Source: Pelagomonas calceolata
Lineage: Eukaryota
Reading direction: 5' to 3'
DNA: 64,000 nt
Assembly (NCBI GenBank): GCA_918797485.1
Contig: CAKKNE010000006.1
Span: 3,162,001 to 3,226,000 of the forward strand
Of this stretch, positions 30,441 to 40,661 are shown one piece after another. The first letter of the stretch is position 1. Every line of letters starts with the position of its first letter. A program made the translations under genes and the position numbers. The notes beneath the pieces were generated by a model. That model had not been told where the DNA came from. It ran no database searches and was given only the letters and a program-made list of their open reading frames with translations.

Positions 30441-33400
30441 CTATATCGCGGCCAGGATCTCCTGTTTCTTCTGCTCGTACTCGGCCGGCGTGATGAACTC
30501 TTGAACCTCGTTGAGCTCCCTGAGGCGCTGCTGGGGGGACTTTGGATCCGAGGGAGCCGGGGGAGCCGGGGGAGCCGGATGCGCGCTCGAGCCAAACCAG
30601 CCCAGGTCCCAGGCCGACGCTGGCGTCGCGGGCGACACGGGCACGGCAGGCGACGTCGAGCCGAACCAGCTCCGGGCCACGTCCCAGGGCGTCGCTTGCG
30701 CGGGAGGGGGGCGGCACTCGACCTCGGCCTCGGGCCGATACCCCCGCCCGTGCTCGACCACGTATTTGAGCTCGTCGCGGAGCCGCCGGAGGTCCGGGTC
30801 GAACACCTCCGGAAAATCGAGCACGCGCAAGGCGCGGTCCAGCGGTTCTAGCCGCGACAACGGCGGCGGCGTCGCGGACGCGCCTGCGCCTTCGCACACC
30901 TCCTTGGCCATCCTTTCATACGCGAACAGCTTGTTCAGAATAGCCACCCCCAAGCCGACCGCGTACGGCTGCCCCTTAAGACGCTTAATGAACGGATGCG
31001 ACGCGCACATGGTCACCACGTGGGGCGGGGCAATTGGGGGCGGTTGCAGCCTGTTCGGGTTCGTGGCGCGGCGCTTGAGCTCGGGATCCCGCTGCAGGAG
31101 CAGGAAGGCGGTGTGGTCGTCCGTCATCCGGCCCAGCGGGATGATTTGCTCCGTGACACCATGCACCTGGCCGATGCCCGAGAACGACGAGCACGTCATA
31201 AGCACTTTTAGGTTCGAGCACGATTCCAGTAAACCCCGCAGTAACAGTCGACAGTGTTCTCTCGCTCGTTCTTTGTCGCCGGCCGTGACGACGAGTCGTT
31301 CAAAATCGTTCAGGACCACGAGCGTGGGCCCGGCGTGTGCCAAATGCGCCAGTGCGGAGGTGTCGAGCTCATGGGTGTCGAGGCGCGAATATGTCACGTG
31401 CTTGAAGATCCCCGCCGCTTCGTGCTGCTCCTGTTTGCGCTGTGCCTCCCTACTGTCCAGCGAGAAGTCGTCGTCGTCCGTGGAAGATCGCAGCCGCCTC
31501 GTGGACAGCGACGACGAGTACGTGCTCAGTCGCCGGTCGAGCGCCGCGCGCATGGGAGCCGCCTTCTGGATGACGTGCGCCGCAGCCTCGGCCACGTGGT
31601 GGAAGAAGCCGTCCCTTGTCGTGACTTTCACCCAGACGACGGCGTCGAAGTTCTGATGCTGTGAAACGTGAGCCGCCGCTTTTGCCGCCAGAGCGCTCTT
31701 ACCCGAGCCGTATCCACCACCAATCGTCGTGAGACGATGGTTGAGGATGGACTCGACGCAGAGCCATAACTCGGAATCCCGGCCCACGTAGAACGTCGGC
31801 GGCGGCGGCGCGTTCGAGGGCGGCGGCGGCCGCGTCGTTTCGTGGAACGACCCGGGGATCTCGGAGAAGATGGGCTCGTCGTGGGGTTGGTCCTCCGGGA
31901 GCAGTATGAAGCGCCCGTCGGAACCCTGCGTGTTTTGCGCCGCGGCGCAACCGATGTCGAAGGCTGTGCGTAACGAGTCCATATTAGCCAAAGATCGGTA
32001 GAACGCCCGGCAGAATTCTATGCCCGCGCGATCGGAAATTCTGCCATGGTTCTGGTTTTGCGCCACGGCAACCACGTGTTCCACGCCCGCGGCCACGAAC
32101 GCTCGCCCAACATCTTCGCTCTTGCACGAGTTTAACACCACCAATTTGCATGTCTCCGCGCCACAGGCCGACACCCGGTTTCTCAGCACCGTCGGGTCCA
32201 ATGTTTGCGCGCCGCCGTGGTCGTCTTCGAACATCATAAACTTTTCGTGGCCGTGGCCGGCAAAATGCACCACACGCGCCCCCAGCGTCACGGCCGACTG
32301 GAACGCGTCCACGGTGGCGGTGCGGATCTGGAGCTCAACGTCAATGTTCGCGTGAGCTGCGGCTTCGCGCAGCGCCTTCCGCAGCTTGTTGGCCTCGCCC
32401 TCGAGATTTAGTTTGGCGATCCCAGGGTTCAACGGCTCGCTCTGCAGCATGACGACGCGGTTCGCCAAAATCGCGCGGCTCGACTGCCGCTGCGGCGGCG
32501 AGCGGCTTGGCACAGGCGACGCAGGCCCGCCCGGTGGCGGCGAGGACGTCGCGCCGCCCGGCGGCGGCGAGGACGTCGCGCGCGGGACGTAGGCACCGTC
32601 GACGGCGCGGGCCGTCGACAGCGATAGCAGGACGCGTTGAAGGGCCTCCTGCTCGGTCGAGCTGTGGGCGACGAGATGCACCCGTTGGAGACCTGGATAC
32701 GCCATGTCGCCGATAGCCTTCACCGCGACTTTTAGCACGTTATCCAACGACTGTCTCCCGAGGCGGTTGCCCGCCGACAGCAGCGAAAATGCGACCGTCT
32801 TGCACTTGAGTCCATTGGCGCGCCGCATCGACGCTCGGTAGGCGTCCCTTAACAGATCGTCGCCCCTGGATAAATCATCGTCCATCTCCTTGTAGTTGGG
32901 ACCGACCGCGTGGATGATGGCTTCGCACCTCAGATAATTAAAGGGCCCGCCTGTGGTGACGACGGCGTCTCCCGTAAGACAGCGCGTGTCGCCGCTGATG
33001 ATGGGCAAGGCCTGGCGTTTCTCCGCTAATAACGCACCGCCGGCTCGTGAGATCGCCGCGTCCACGCCGGCGCCCTCGAGGCAGCTCTCTTTCACCGCGT
33101 TCACGAGCGCGTCCGTTTTTGCGTCCACCAGGCTTCCGGCCGAGGCCACTAACTCGCCGTATTTCAACGCGTGCCGCGCCAGGGGTACCAGGTTGTCGAC
33201 CAGTCCGCCGTGGTGATCCCAGTTATCGAAGTGGGCCTTGTGGTAGACTGGCTCCGTCCGTTGGATTCTTAGAGGTATTTCTTGGGGGGAGGGCGGGTCC
33301 GGCATCGTCTGGGCGCGCCGCACCGGGACGTACTCGCTGTTGAGGGCGAACTCCTCCGAGGCCGTTCGTCGCATATTGGAGGAGGCGTCCGAGAGGGGCG

Positions 33401-33494
33401 CCTCAGTTATTTCTGCTGCGCAGCGGTCCCGTACCTGGCGCGCCCGGATCGGCGCTCCAGGCTCCAGCGCCGGGCTCGCGCACCGGTCCGGCAT
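30441..33494 (-). CDS. Macro domain + CHAT (caspase-like) protease + STAND-like P-loop NTPase + SHOCT-like tail
   Basis: Macro: DALVNA, GAGVDAAISRAGG, GDAVVT, IIHAVGPNY, TVAFSLLSAG; CHAT: VVHFAGHG, LVVLNSC; NTPase: YVGRDSEL, GGYGSGKS, LVVLNDFE; tail ITPAEYEQKKQEIL. Confidence 0.88.
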   Translation of the reverse strand: MPDRCASPALEPGAPIRARQVRDRCAAEITEAPLSDASSNMRRTASEEFALNSEYVPVRRAQTMPDPPSPQEIPLRIQRTEPVYHKAHFDNWDHHGGLVDNLVPLARHALKYGELVASAGSLVDAKTDALVNAVKESCLEGAGVDAAISRAGGALLAEKRQALPIISGDTRCLTGDAVVTTGGPFNYLRCEAIIHAVGPNYKEMDDDLSRGDDLLRDAYRASMRRANGLKCKTVAFSLLSAGNRLGRQSLDNVLKVAVKAIGDMAYPGLQRVHLVAHSSTEQEALQRVLLSLSTARAVDGAYVPRATSSPPPGGATSSPPPGGPASPVPSRSPPQRQSSRAILANRVVMLQSEPLNPGIAKLNLEGEANKLRKALREAAAHANIDVELQIRTATVDAFQSAVTLGARVVHFAGHGHEKFMMFEDDHGGAQTLDPTVLRNRVSACGAETCKLVVLNSCKSEDVGRAFVAAGVEHVVAVAQNQNHGRISDRAGIEFCRAFYRSLANMDSLRTAFDIGCAAAQNTQGSDGRFILLPEDQPHDEPIFSEIPGSFHETTRPPPPSNAPPPPTFYVGRDSELWLCVESILNHRLTTIGGGYGSGKSALAAKAAAHVSQHQNFDAVVWVKVTTRDGFFHHVAEAAAHVIQKAAPMRAALDRRLSTYSSSLSTRRLRSSTDDDDFSLDSREAQRKQEQHEAAGIFKHVTYSRLDTHELDTSALAHLAHAGPTLVVLNDFERLVVTAGDKERAREHCRLLLRGLLESCSNLKVLMTCSSFSGIGQVHGVTEQIIPLGRMTDDHTAFLLLQRDPELKRRATNPNRLQPPPIAPPHVVTMCASHPFIKRLKGQPYAVGLGVAILNKLFAYERMAKEVCEGAGASATPPPLSRLEPLDRALRVLDFPEVFDPDLRRLRDELKYVVEHGRGYRPEAEVECRPPPAQATPWDVARSWFGSTSPAVPVSPATPASAWDLGWFGSSAHPAPPAPPAPSDPKSPQQRLRELNEVQEFITPAEYEQKKQEILAAI

Positions 33495-33951
33495 GGTCTG
33501 GGCTGGCTCCGTCTGTTTCCTGTTTTTGTGCTGTTTTGGTGCTGTTTTGGGTGCGGCTTGGACGGGGGCAGCCTCTGCCGCACTGGGCTTCTAAATCTTG
33601 AGCTTGCTTGCGCGCCCGTCCGGCTGGCTGGCACGGGGGGCAGCCCAGATGGCAGCCTGCCGCTGCTTCTGCCCCGCCGGGCCCGGGGATCTTGAGCTTC
33701 GGGCTAGTGTCTTACAGTCCCTAGTCCTAAGCATAGCAGCAGTCTTACAGGCCGCTAGCTTGAGGCCCCGAGACCCGGGAATCGCACGAGATATGGAACA
33801 GAGTAACACTCCCCCAAGGCTCGAGCCCTCCAGAGAACACTAGCGCAGAAAGCGACAAAGCCCGCGAGGCTGTATGACTCGGACAGTACCTAGTATCATG
33901 ATAAAAAATTTAAATGATAACGGCCAAATGCGAATAAAACGACGGCTGTTG

Positions 33952-36300
33952 TCACCGCCGCGCCTCGTATAAGAGCGCGACCGCGAGGACGTCAAGGACG
34001 AGGTGGACGACCGCGTCCAAGCGCACGTTCAGTACGAGGGCGTCCAGCGCCCCGCGCTCGGCCGCGTCGGCCGCCAGGCGCACGCCCCAGACCGCGGCGA
34101 GCGCTATCGCGAGCTGGCGCGGCTCGACGCTCGGCCCCAGGGCCCAGGGCGACGCGGGCGCGGAGGGCACCGCGGGCGTGGAGGGCGAGGCGACCGTGGA
34201 GGGCGACATGGGCGCGTCGAGCTGGAACTCGGGGGGCGGAGCCCAGGGCGACACGGTCGACGTGGGCGACGTGGGCGACGCGGGCGCGCCGTCGGGCCGA
34301 TACCTCCGCCCGTGCAGGACCACATGGTTGAGCTCCTCGCGGAGCCGCCGGAGGTCCGGGTCGAACAACTTCGGTTCGTCGAGCACGCGCAAGGCGCGGT
34401 CCAGCGGTTCGAGTTTCGACGCCGGCGGCAGCGTCTTGTGCGCGCCCGCGGCCTCGCATGCGGCCTTCGCCGCCTCTTCCGACGCAAACAGCTTGTTGAT
34501 TATAAGCACCGCCAGCGAGACCGCGAACGGCAGCCCATTGAGACGTTTCACGAACGGATGCGCCGCGTACGCGACGACCACGCTAGGAGGCGCAATTCGG
34601 GGCGATTGCCGCTTGAAGGGGTCCGTGGCGCGGCGCTTGAGCTCGGGGTTCCGCTGCAGGAGTAGGTACGCGGTGTCGGAAGGGGTCATCGGTCCGAGCG
34701 CGACGACCTGTTCCGTTACGCCCGGCACGAGGCCGATGCCCGAGCCCGACGAGCACGTCATCAGCACGCTGATGTTCGAGCAGCTTTCCAGTAAACCCCG
34801 CAGTAACAGTCGACAGCGTTCTCGCGCCGCTATCTGGGCCGCGGCGACACCCTGGCCCCCAAAGCCGTTCAGGACCAAATTTTCGAAATCGTTCAGGACC
34901 ACGAGCACCCTCCCGGCGCTCGCCAGGTCCACCAGGATGGAGGTGTCGAGCGCGGACGTGTCAGCCGTGTCAATAGAAGTACTCCTCTTCTTAATATGCA
35001 TCATTTTCTTGTTCATGGGATTCAGGTGGTCGTCCTCCGCCTTCTGGATGACGTACTTAGCCGCCTCGGCCACGTCGTCGAAGAAGCGGTCGGCGGTCGT
35101 GACGTTCACCCAGACCACCGCATCGAAGCGCCGGTGCTGCGACGCATAGTCCGCCGCTGCCATCGCCAGAGCGCTCTTACCCGAGCCGTATCCACCACCA
35201 ATCGTCGTGAGCCGATGCCGCAGCATGGACTCGACACACACACACTGGTCGGACGCCCGGCCGACGTAAAACGTCGGCGGCGCCGGCGCGTTCGAGGGCG
35301 GCGGCGGCCGCGTCGTCTCGCGGAACGACCCGGGGATCGGGGAGAAGATGGGCTCGTCGTGTGGTTTATCCTCCGGGAGCAGTATGAATTGTCCGTCGGA
35401 GCCCACCTCCCCGCGCATCTCCTTACGCGCGGCGGCGCAGCCAATATCAAAAGCTTTGCGCACCGAATCCATGTTCGCCAAAGATCGGTAGAACGCCTGG
35501 CAGAACGCGATGCCCGCGTGATCGGAAATCTTGCCATTATTCTGGTCCTGCGCCACGGCGACCACGTGTTCCACGCCCGCGGCCACGAGCGCGCGCCCAT
35601 TGGCTTCGCTGCTGCACGAGTTCAACACCACCAGTCGGCACGTGTGACGCCGGCCGGCGCCCGCCGACACCAGGCGCTGCAGCGCCTGCGGCTCCAGGGC
35701 CCGCGCGCCGCCGTGGCCGTCCTCGAACATCATGAATTTCTCGTGGCCGTGGCCCGCGATGTGCACGACGCGCGCCCCCAGCGTCATGGCCGATTGCAGC
35801 GCCTTCACGGTGGCGATGCCGACCTTGAGCTCGACGTCGACGTCGTTCGCGTAGGCGGCCTCGCGCAGCGCCTGTCGCAGCTTGTTGGCCTCGCCCTCGA
35901 GGTTCAGTTCGGCGAGCTTCGGGAGCTGGCGAATGTCGCCCCTTACCTTCAAATCGACGCCCAGCGGCTTGCTCAGCAGCACGTGGACGATGTTTGCCGG
36001 CGCCTTGGACGGCGGCGAAGGACTTTCGGATTCGTGACAAAGCATGGATGCCGTCTTAGTCCCGTGCTCGGGCCAGACCGTGTCGACGGCGCGGTCGTGG
36101 GCCGGCGAGCTCGGCCAGATCGAGTCGATCGCGAACTCCTCCGAGGCCGAGCGCCGCATATTTCTATTCGTGGAGGAGTCGTCCGAGAGGGGCACTGGCT
36201 CCGGCATCGTCTGGGCTCGCTGGACGAAGCGGTCCTTAAACGACGACGGATCGTGGTCCGCTTCGTTTTCCAGCGTCGGGGAGGCGCTCCGGTACGCCAT
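33952..36300 (-). CDS. CHAT protease + STAND-like NTPase, tandem paralog with hydrophobic C-terminus
   Basis: VVHIAGHG, LVVLNSC, YVGR, GGYGSGKS, LVVLNDFE; extensive identity to 30441-33494; no Macro domain; two hydrophobic C-terminal segments. Confidence 0.88.
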   Translation of the reverse strand: MAYRSASPTLENEADHDPSSFKDRFVQRAQTMPEPVPLSDDSSTNRNMRRSASEEFAIDSIWPSSPAHDRAVDTVWPEHGTKTASMLCHESESPSPPSKAPANIVHVLLSKPLGVDLKVRGDIRQLPKLAELNLEGEANKLRQALREAAYANDVDVELKVGIATVKALQSAMTLGARVVHIAGHGHEKFMMFEDGHGGARALEPQALQRLVSAGAGRRHTCRLVVLNSCSSEANGRALVAAGVEHVVAVAQDQNNGKISDHAGIAFCQAFYRSLANMDSVRKAFDIGCAAARKEMRGEVGSDGQFILLPEDKPHDEPIFSPIPGSFRETTRPPPPSNAPAPPTFYVGRASDQCVCVESMLRHRLTTIGGGYGSGKSALAMAAADYASQHRRFDAVVWVNVTTADRFFDDVAEAAKYVIQKAEDDHLNPMNKKMMHIKKRSTSIDTADTSALDTSILVDLASAGRVLVVLNDFENLVLNGFGGQGVAAAQIAARERCRLLLRGLLESCSNISVLMTCSSGSGIGLVPGVTEQVVALGPMTPSDTAYLLLQRNPELKRRATDPFKRQSPRIAPPSVVVAYAAHPFVKRLNGLPFAVSLAVLIINKLFASEEAAKAACEAAGAHKTLPPASKLEPLDRALRVLDEPKLFDPDLRRLREELNHVVLHGRRYRPDGAPASPTSPTSTVSPWAPPPEFQLDAPMSPSTVASPSTPAVPSAPASPWALGPSVEPRQLAIALAAVWGVRLAADAAERGALDALVLNVRLDAVVHLVLDVLAVALLYEARR

Positions 36301-36765
36301 AGGTCGGGCAGCCTCCTCTGACTACAATTCTGAAAGCTGTGGTGTACCGCCGCGAACGCAAAATCACGGACGCGTCGCAGCCGTCGCGGACGCGGGGCAG
36401 CCTCCCTCTGTCTGCCGCTTGAAATCTGGTGTATACCCGCGCGCACGCACCATCACGCGGACGGCTCCGCCGCAGCCGTCGCCGACGCCTCGCGCCCCGC
36501 CGGGACGCCTCCCGGGAGTCCCGGTAGACGCGCCTATTCAGCTTGTCGTCAACATCGTTCAACCAATCTGCTCCCACACATTGACTTCTTCGGTCCGACG
36601 CGCGACGCCGCGACGCAACGAGCGGCGCCCCGGCGCGCGCTGCCCCGCGCGCCGCGCCGCCTCGGAGGCCCCCTTCGTGCAGCCAGCGCCGGGCGCCCCG
36701 GGAAGGCTGCCTGCTGCTCTCTCAGCTTGAAGCCCATCAAGGGCGCCGCGCGCGCGACGTCGACG

Positions 36766-37434
36766 ATGGCCGACGTCGAGCGCCCGGCGAAGCTGATGAA
36801 GCGCGGGGCCTTCGTGCGCTTCCCCGGCGACTACGTCTTCGCGCTCGCCGACCATCGATTGTTAGCGATTGAGGACGACCCCGGCGCGGGGCGGTCCATC
36901 GCGAGCGACCTGAAGCACGTCAGCGTCAAGGGCGACGTCTTGAACATCACGGGCTACGACGAAGAGGAATTCCTGCGGCGCGGGCTCCCGTCGATGGCCT
37001 GGGATACGCAAGAGCTCGAGAATATAGGGAAGTCCTTCGAGCATCTTTGTAGAACCGGGTCGACGGAGAATTTACCGTGCTACGAGGCCAAATTTAGGCG
37101 GAAGGACGGCCGGCCGTTTTGGTTGAGGTTTGACAGATTGTCGCAGACGCCGAAGACGGGACGGCACATGACCATCATGCACGACGTGACCACGGAAGTG
37201 GAATTACGGGAGGCGCGGCAGGCGAGGGAGGCGGCCGAGAAGGCCTGCGCCGACCTCAGTCGCGAGGTCCAGGCAAAATTGGTCCCGACCATCGGTATGC
37301 TGGAGCGGATCAAGGAAAAGGCGCCGCTACTCTCAGACGACGTGGACGCGATCTTGGAGGCGAACCGGACGGTGACGGGTTTCGCTCAAGAAATGCTGAA
37401 AAAAGGGTCCGCCGACGCGGCGCGCCCCCCCTGA
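36766..37434 (+). CDS. PAS/PAC sensor protein with degenerate HisKA-like coiled coil
   Basis: NITGYDEEEFL, YEAKFRRKDGRPFWL, HDVTTEVELRE; LSREVQAKL lacks the phospho-His; no HATPase domain. Confidence 0.75.
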   Translation: MADVERPAKLMKRGAFVRFPGDYVFALADHRLLAIEDDPGAGRSIASDLKHVSVKGDVLNITGYDEEEFLRRGLPSMAWDTQELENIGKSFEHLCRTGSTENLPCYEAKFRRKDGRPFWLRFDRLSQTPKTGRHMTIMHDVTTEVELREARQAREAAEKACADLSREVQAKLVPTIGMLERIKEKAPLLSDDVDAILEANRTVTGFAQEMLKKGSADAARPP

Positions 37435-37766
37435 CGCGCCGCCGGCGCTGCTCACGACCCTGCTGCTCACGCCCCTTGCCCCCCAGCTGCTCTCTTCCCA
37501 CGTCCCGTCTCGGCGCGATGTGGGGCCCCTAACATGGATTGTAGTACTGGCAGCCTTGAGCAGTCGACGGGCCAATTCGCAATTCGCAGTTGATGGCTGC
37601 GCGAGCGCCCGAACTAGTCCCATGGACCAAGGTGCACTGAAACCGAGCTAGCGTATATCGACACACTAGTAAATTTAAAGATACGCCTCGATAGCGTCAA
37701 AAGAATGACCCAAATTCAGAATACATCCTAGTCGTTCGCCGAGACCAAAGATTTCAGAGTAGCGGC

Positions 37767-37951
37767 CCGGGAACATACCCTCGCGCCTCCCGGAAGGCAC
37801 CGCCCGCGACATTCGCGGATGAGTCTTACGAGTTTCCAAAGTAGACCAGCGATTGACGCCGCCATCTACCGTCTGAATGGTACATTATATCAACTCCAGC
37901 CCAGTTTTCATACACACTCGACGGAACCGGAGCCGACGGCCCGCGCTCGGA
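37767..37951 (+). repeat. Dispersed repeat copy A (~185 bp), probable transposon relic
   Basis: Reverse-complement match to 52994-53180, e.g. cagttttcatacacactcgacggaaccggagccgacgg. Confidence 0.88.
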
Positions 37952-39323
37952 GGGCGGGAGAAGAATTCTACTAGACAACTCTCGCGTTTATGTTCGTTTT
38001 CTTCCGTTTGTTAGTGGTAGAGTCTATCTAGCCCGCATCAGCGCCCACTGAGCTATTTGAGATATTCCGTTGGAGCCGCGCGATTCGTCATCTTCGCGCC
38101 CCCAAGTTTTAGCGAAGATGGATTCAGAACCTGGACCTGCGAGTATCAGCGACGCCACCCTCCAGATGGACCATAACGCCGTTGTTCTATTCACGATCGA
38201 CCGACTTGCCCGTTCTCCGCGGACGACGGTGCATACGCGGGGCACTGGAAAGGCCCCAGACCGGTGAGTTATAAAATAAATTTGCGTTTCAGGCGCTTTG
38301 GTGATGGGACGGGCCAGCTAACCGGCTTGATTGTGTACTACATTGCTCCGAGACCCAAAGATGCTCGGCGCGGGTTGTCGGTCTCGCGAGCCCACGATCT
38401 GGCTAGATTTGGCTCCACACCTGGACCTACGACCATCAGCCCGTGTACCATCACCATGGACCATAATGCGATCATTTGTTTCATGACCGACCGACTTGCC
38501 CGAGGTCCAGATCAAGATGTTCACGTCCCGAGCATGGGCAGCCAAAAGTACCCTTCTCGTGGTGTAGATGTCATATACTTGTAGTTGACTATCGGTGGGG
38601 TAGTATGGGGCCCAACGAGGCCGCTATTACGATTCTTGGGGGCCCTCGGGTAATTGACGTTTTTTACGGGAACGGGGCGCCATCGGGTCCAAATTATTTA
38701 CTTTTTGTGGATGTAGATCGGCTCGCGGACTCCCTCTGGGATAGGTCTGGGGTCGGGTAGTCGCCTACGCCGCATGCGCCGGCGCTTGGAGCTCCCCAGA
38801 GAGCTCTGGATCGAGAAGTTGTCGGACTTGTGCTCAAGCCCGACAGCTGGCTGGGGACCTGTACTGATATGTATCTATTGACGGAAGCGCCCGCGCATGC
38901 GCTGTAGGCGATTGCACGTGTATAATACCGACCCTAGGCGGCCTCGGGGACACCTCAGGACCACGAATCGACAGGATTCCACCGACGCGGCCGCCATGGT
39001 GGGATCGTCAATATCGCGAATTAAAAAAAATATTTTTTTTGGCCCCCAGTACGTGTCCCATTGATCCTCTTGGACTATTAGCGAACGGAACGATACTCGA
39101 ACGGCTGCATGTTGTCCTTATAAAACCTAGTGTGTCTCGCCTAGCCTACTTCGGCGCAATGCTGAGCTTGGTCGCGTACAAGTTGCCAGTTTTTTGTCCA
39201 GCGCGACCCAAAGTTGCCGTCTAGCTTGCTGGCAGTGGACCCATAACGTCTACGGTGGTCAAATCCTCGTGCAATTCAAGTTACTCATACCCGCCATCGC
39301 TTTCAGGGCTGCCGCATGCGCCA

Positions 39324-40430
39324 ATGCGGAGGTCTCAGTGGCTTGTCTTAGTCCTGCTAGACGCCATCGATGCGCTGAGTCTTCAGAGGAGCTATGCGTT
39401 TGCAAGCAAGCCAGGAGAAGGAAACCCGGCGAGCATCGGCGTCCTAGGCAAGGCGGACGCCTGGCCCGAGGCGCCGGCGAGCGGTGAGGCGACGGCATTT
39501 GTCCGACCGGCGGCCCAGGGGGACGCATACGACGTGCGATACTTCGCAGGGGGCGCAGAGATCGCCTTCTGCGGCCACGCGACGCTGGCGGCCGCCGACG
39601 CCGTGTTGGATAGCGCGCCGGGCGCCCGTGTGGATCTTGAGACGAGCAGCGGCCAAACTGTTGCTGCGACGCGTTCGAAGGACGGCGCCGTAGAACTGCG
39701 CCTCGCGGCTGGCGTGCCGGCGGATGCGGCACCAGCCGCCGTCGCCGCGGCCACCGCAGCGCTGGGCGGCGTCGAGGCACTCGACGCCCGGTACTTTGAT
39801 GACACGACACTTGTCATCGAGCTGTCGCCGGACGACTACGCGAGCCTCGACGCCGTCGACACGGCGGCGCTTAAGGATATAAGGCTAGTCGTCGCGGCCA
39901 CCACACGCGCATCGTCGGGCGATCTAGCTTTCCGGAGCCGCTGCTTCGTCAGCGGCGCTGACGACCTCGCGTGCGGAGTGGCGCACTGCGGCCTGGCGCC
40001 CTACTGGGCACCGCGACTTGGGGCGGACGGCTTCATGCGGGCGCGCCAGGACTCTCCGACCGGCGCGCGCCTCGACGTTGCCATCGACGGCGAGGAAGTA
40101 TTGCTGCGCGGCCAAGTGTCTTGGGACACGTTTCGTGAGAAACTTCGGCGCGGCGTGCGCCGGCTCGCCGACGCGCTGATCGCTCCCCTGCCAAAGTCTC
40201 GGTCCATCGAGGATGAGGCAAAAATTGAGCTAATAAAGGGCGGCGTCCTCCGGGCGCTCTTCATCGGCGGCACGGCGTTGGCGTCCGCGTGGTCGCTCAC
40301 GTTGTTCGGCGCGAGGTGGCAAGCACCACAATGGCAAGCGCCACGCGTGAAGCAGCCCGTCCTCGTCGCGCCCAAGCCCAAGACCCCTGTGTTTGTGAAG
40401 CCGCGGTGGCGGTTTAAGAGTGATTCGTAA
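39324..40430 (+). CDS. PhzF/PBLD-family isomerase with N-terminal targeting peptide and C-terminal TM extension
   Basis: YAFASKPGEGNPA, DVRYF, EIAFCGHATLAA, FRSRCF, DDLACGVAHCGLAPYW. Confidence 0.88.
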   Translation: MRRSQWLVLVLLDAIDALSLQRSYAFASKPGEGNPASIGVLGKADAWPEAPASGEATAFVRPAAQGDAYDVRYFAGGAEIAFCGHATLAAADAVLDSAPGARVDLETSSGQTVAATRSKDGAVELRLAAGVPADAAPAAVAAATAALGGVEALDARYFDDTTLVIELSPDDYASLDAVDTAALKDIRLVVAATTRASSGDLAFRSRCFVSGADDLACGVAHCGLAPYWAPRLGADGFMRARQDSPTGARLDVAIDGEEVLLRGQVSWDTFREKLRRGVRRLADALIAPLPKSRSIEDEAKIELIKGGVLRALFIGGTALASAWSLTLFGARWQAPQWQAPRVKQPVLVAPKPKTPVFVKPRWRFKSDS

Positions 40431-40661
40431 GTTCACTAAGTCGATGTTACGGTGCTGATCGTAGCTAGTGGCGTGTACATACTAGCATTGAGCCCCCGGG
40501 GAGGCCACTGCTCTTGCACGCGCGTCACCTAGCTCGCATCAATAGCGGGCTCCAAAAAACGCACGCTGATATTTTCACAGCGCTGTGTGGTCGCGTTCTT
40601 GTCCAGCCACGACGCTACGCAGAGGAGTTCTCCAAAAGGCTCAAGCAGTCGAGAGCATAAT

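Noticed and set aside
38070..38760. Intact IS607-like serine recombinase / Fanzor locus
   Set aside because: Only short DRLAR-like peptides; no YxRVS motif, no long ORF and no RuvC/TnpB-like gene visible
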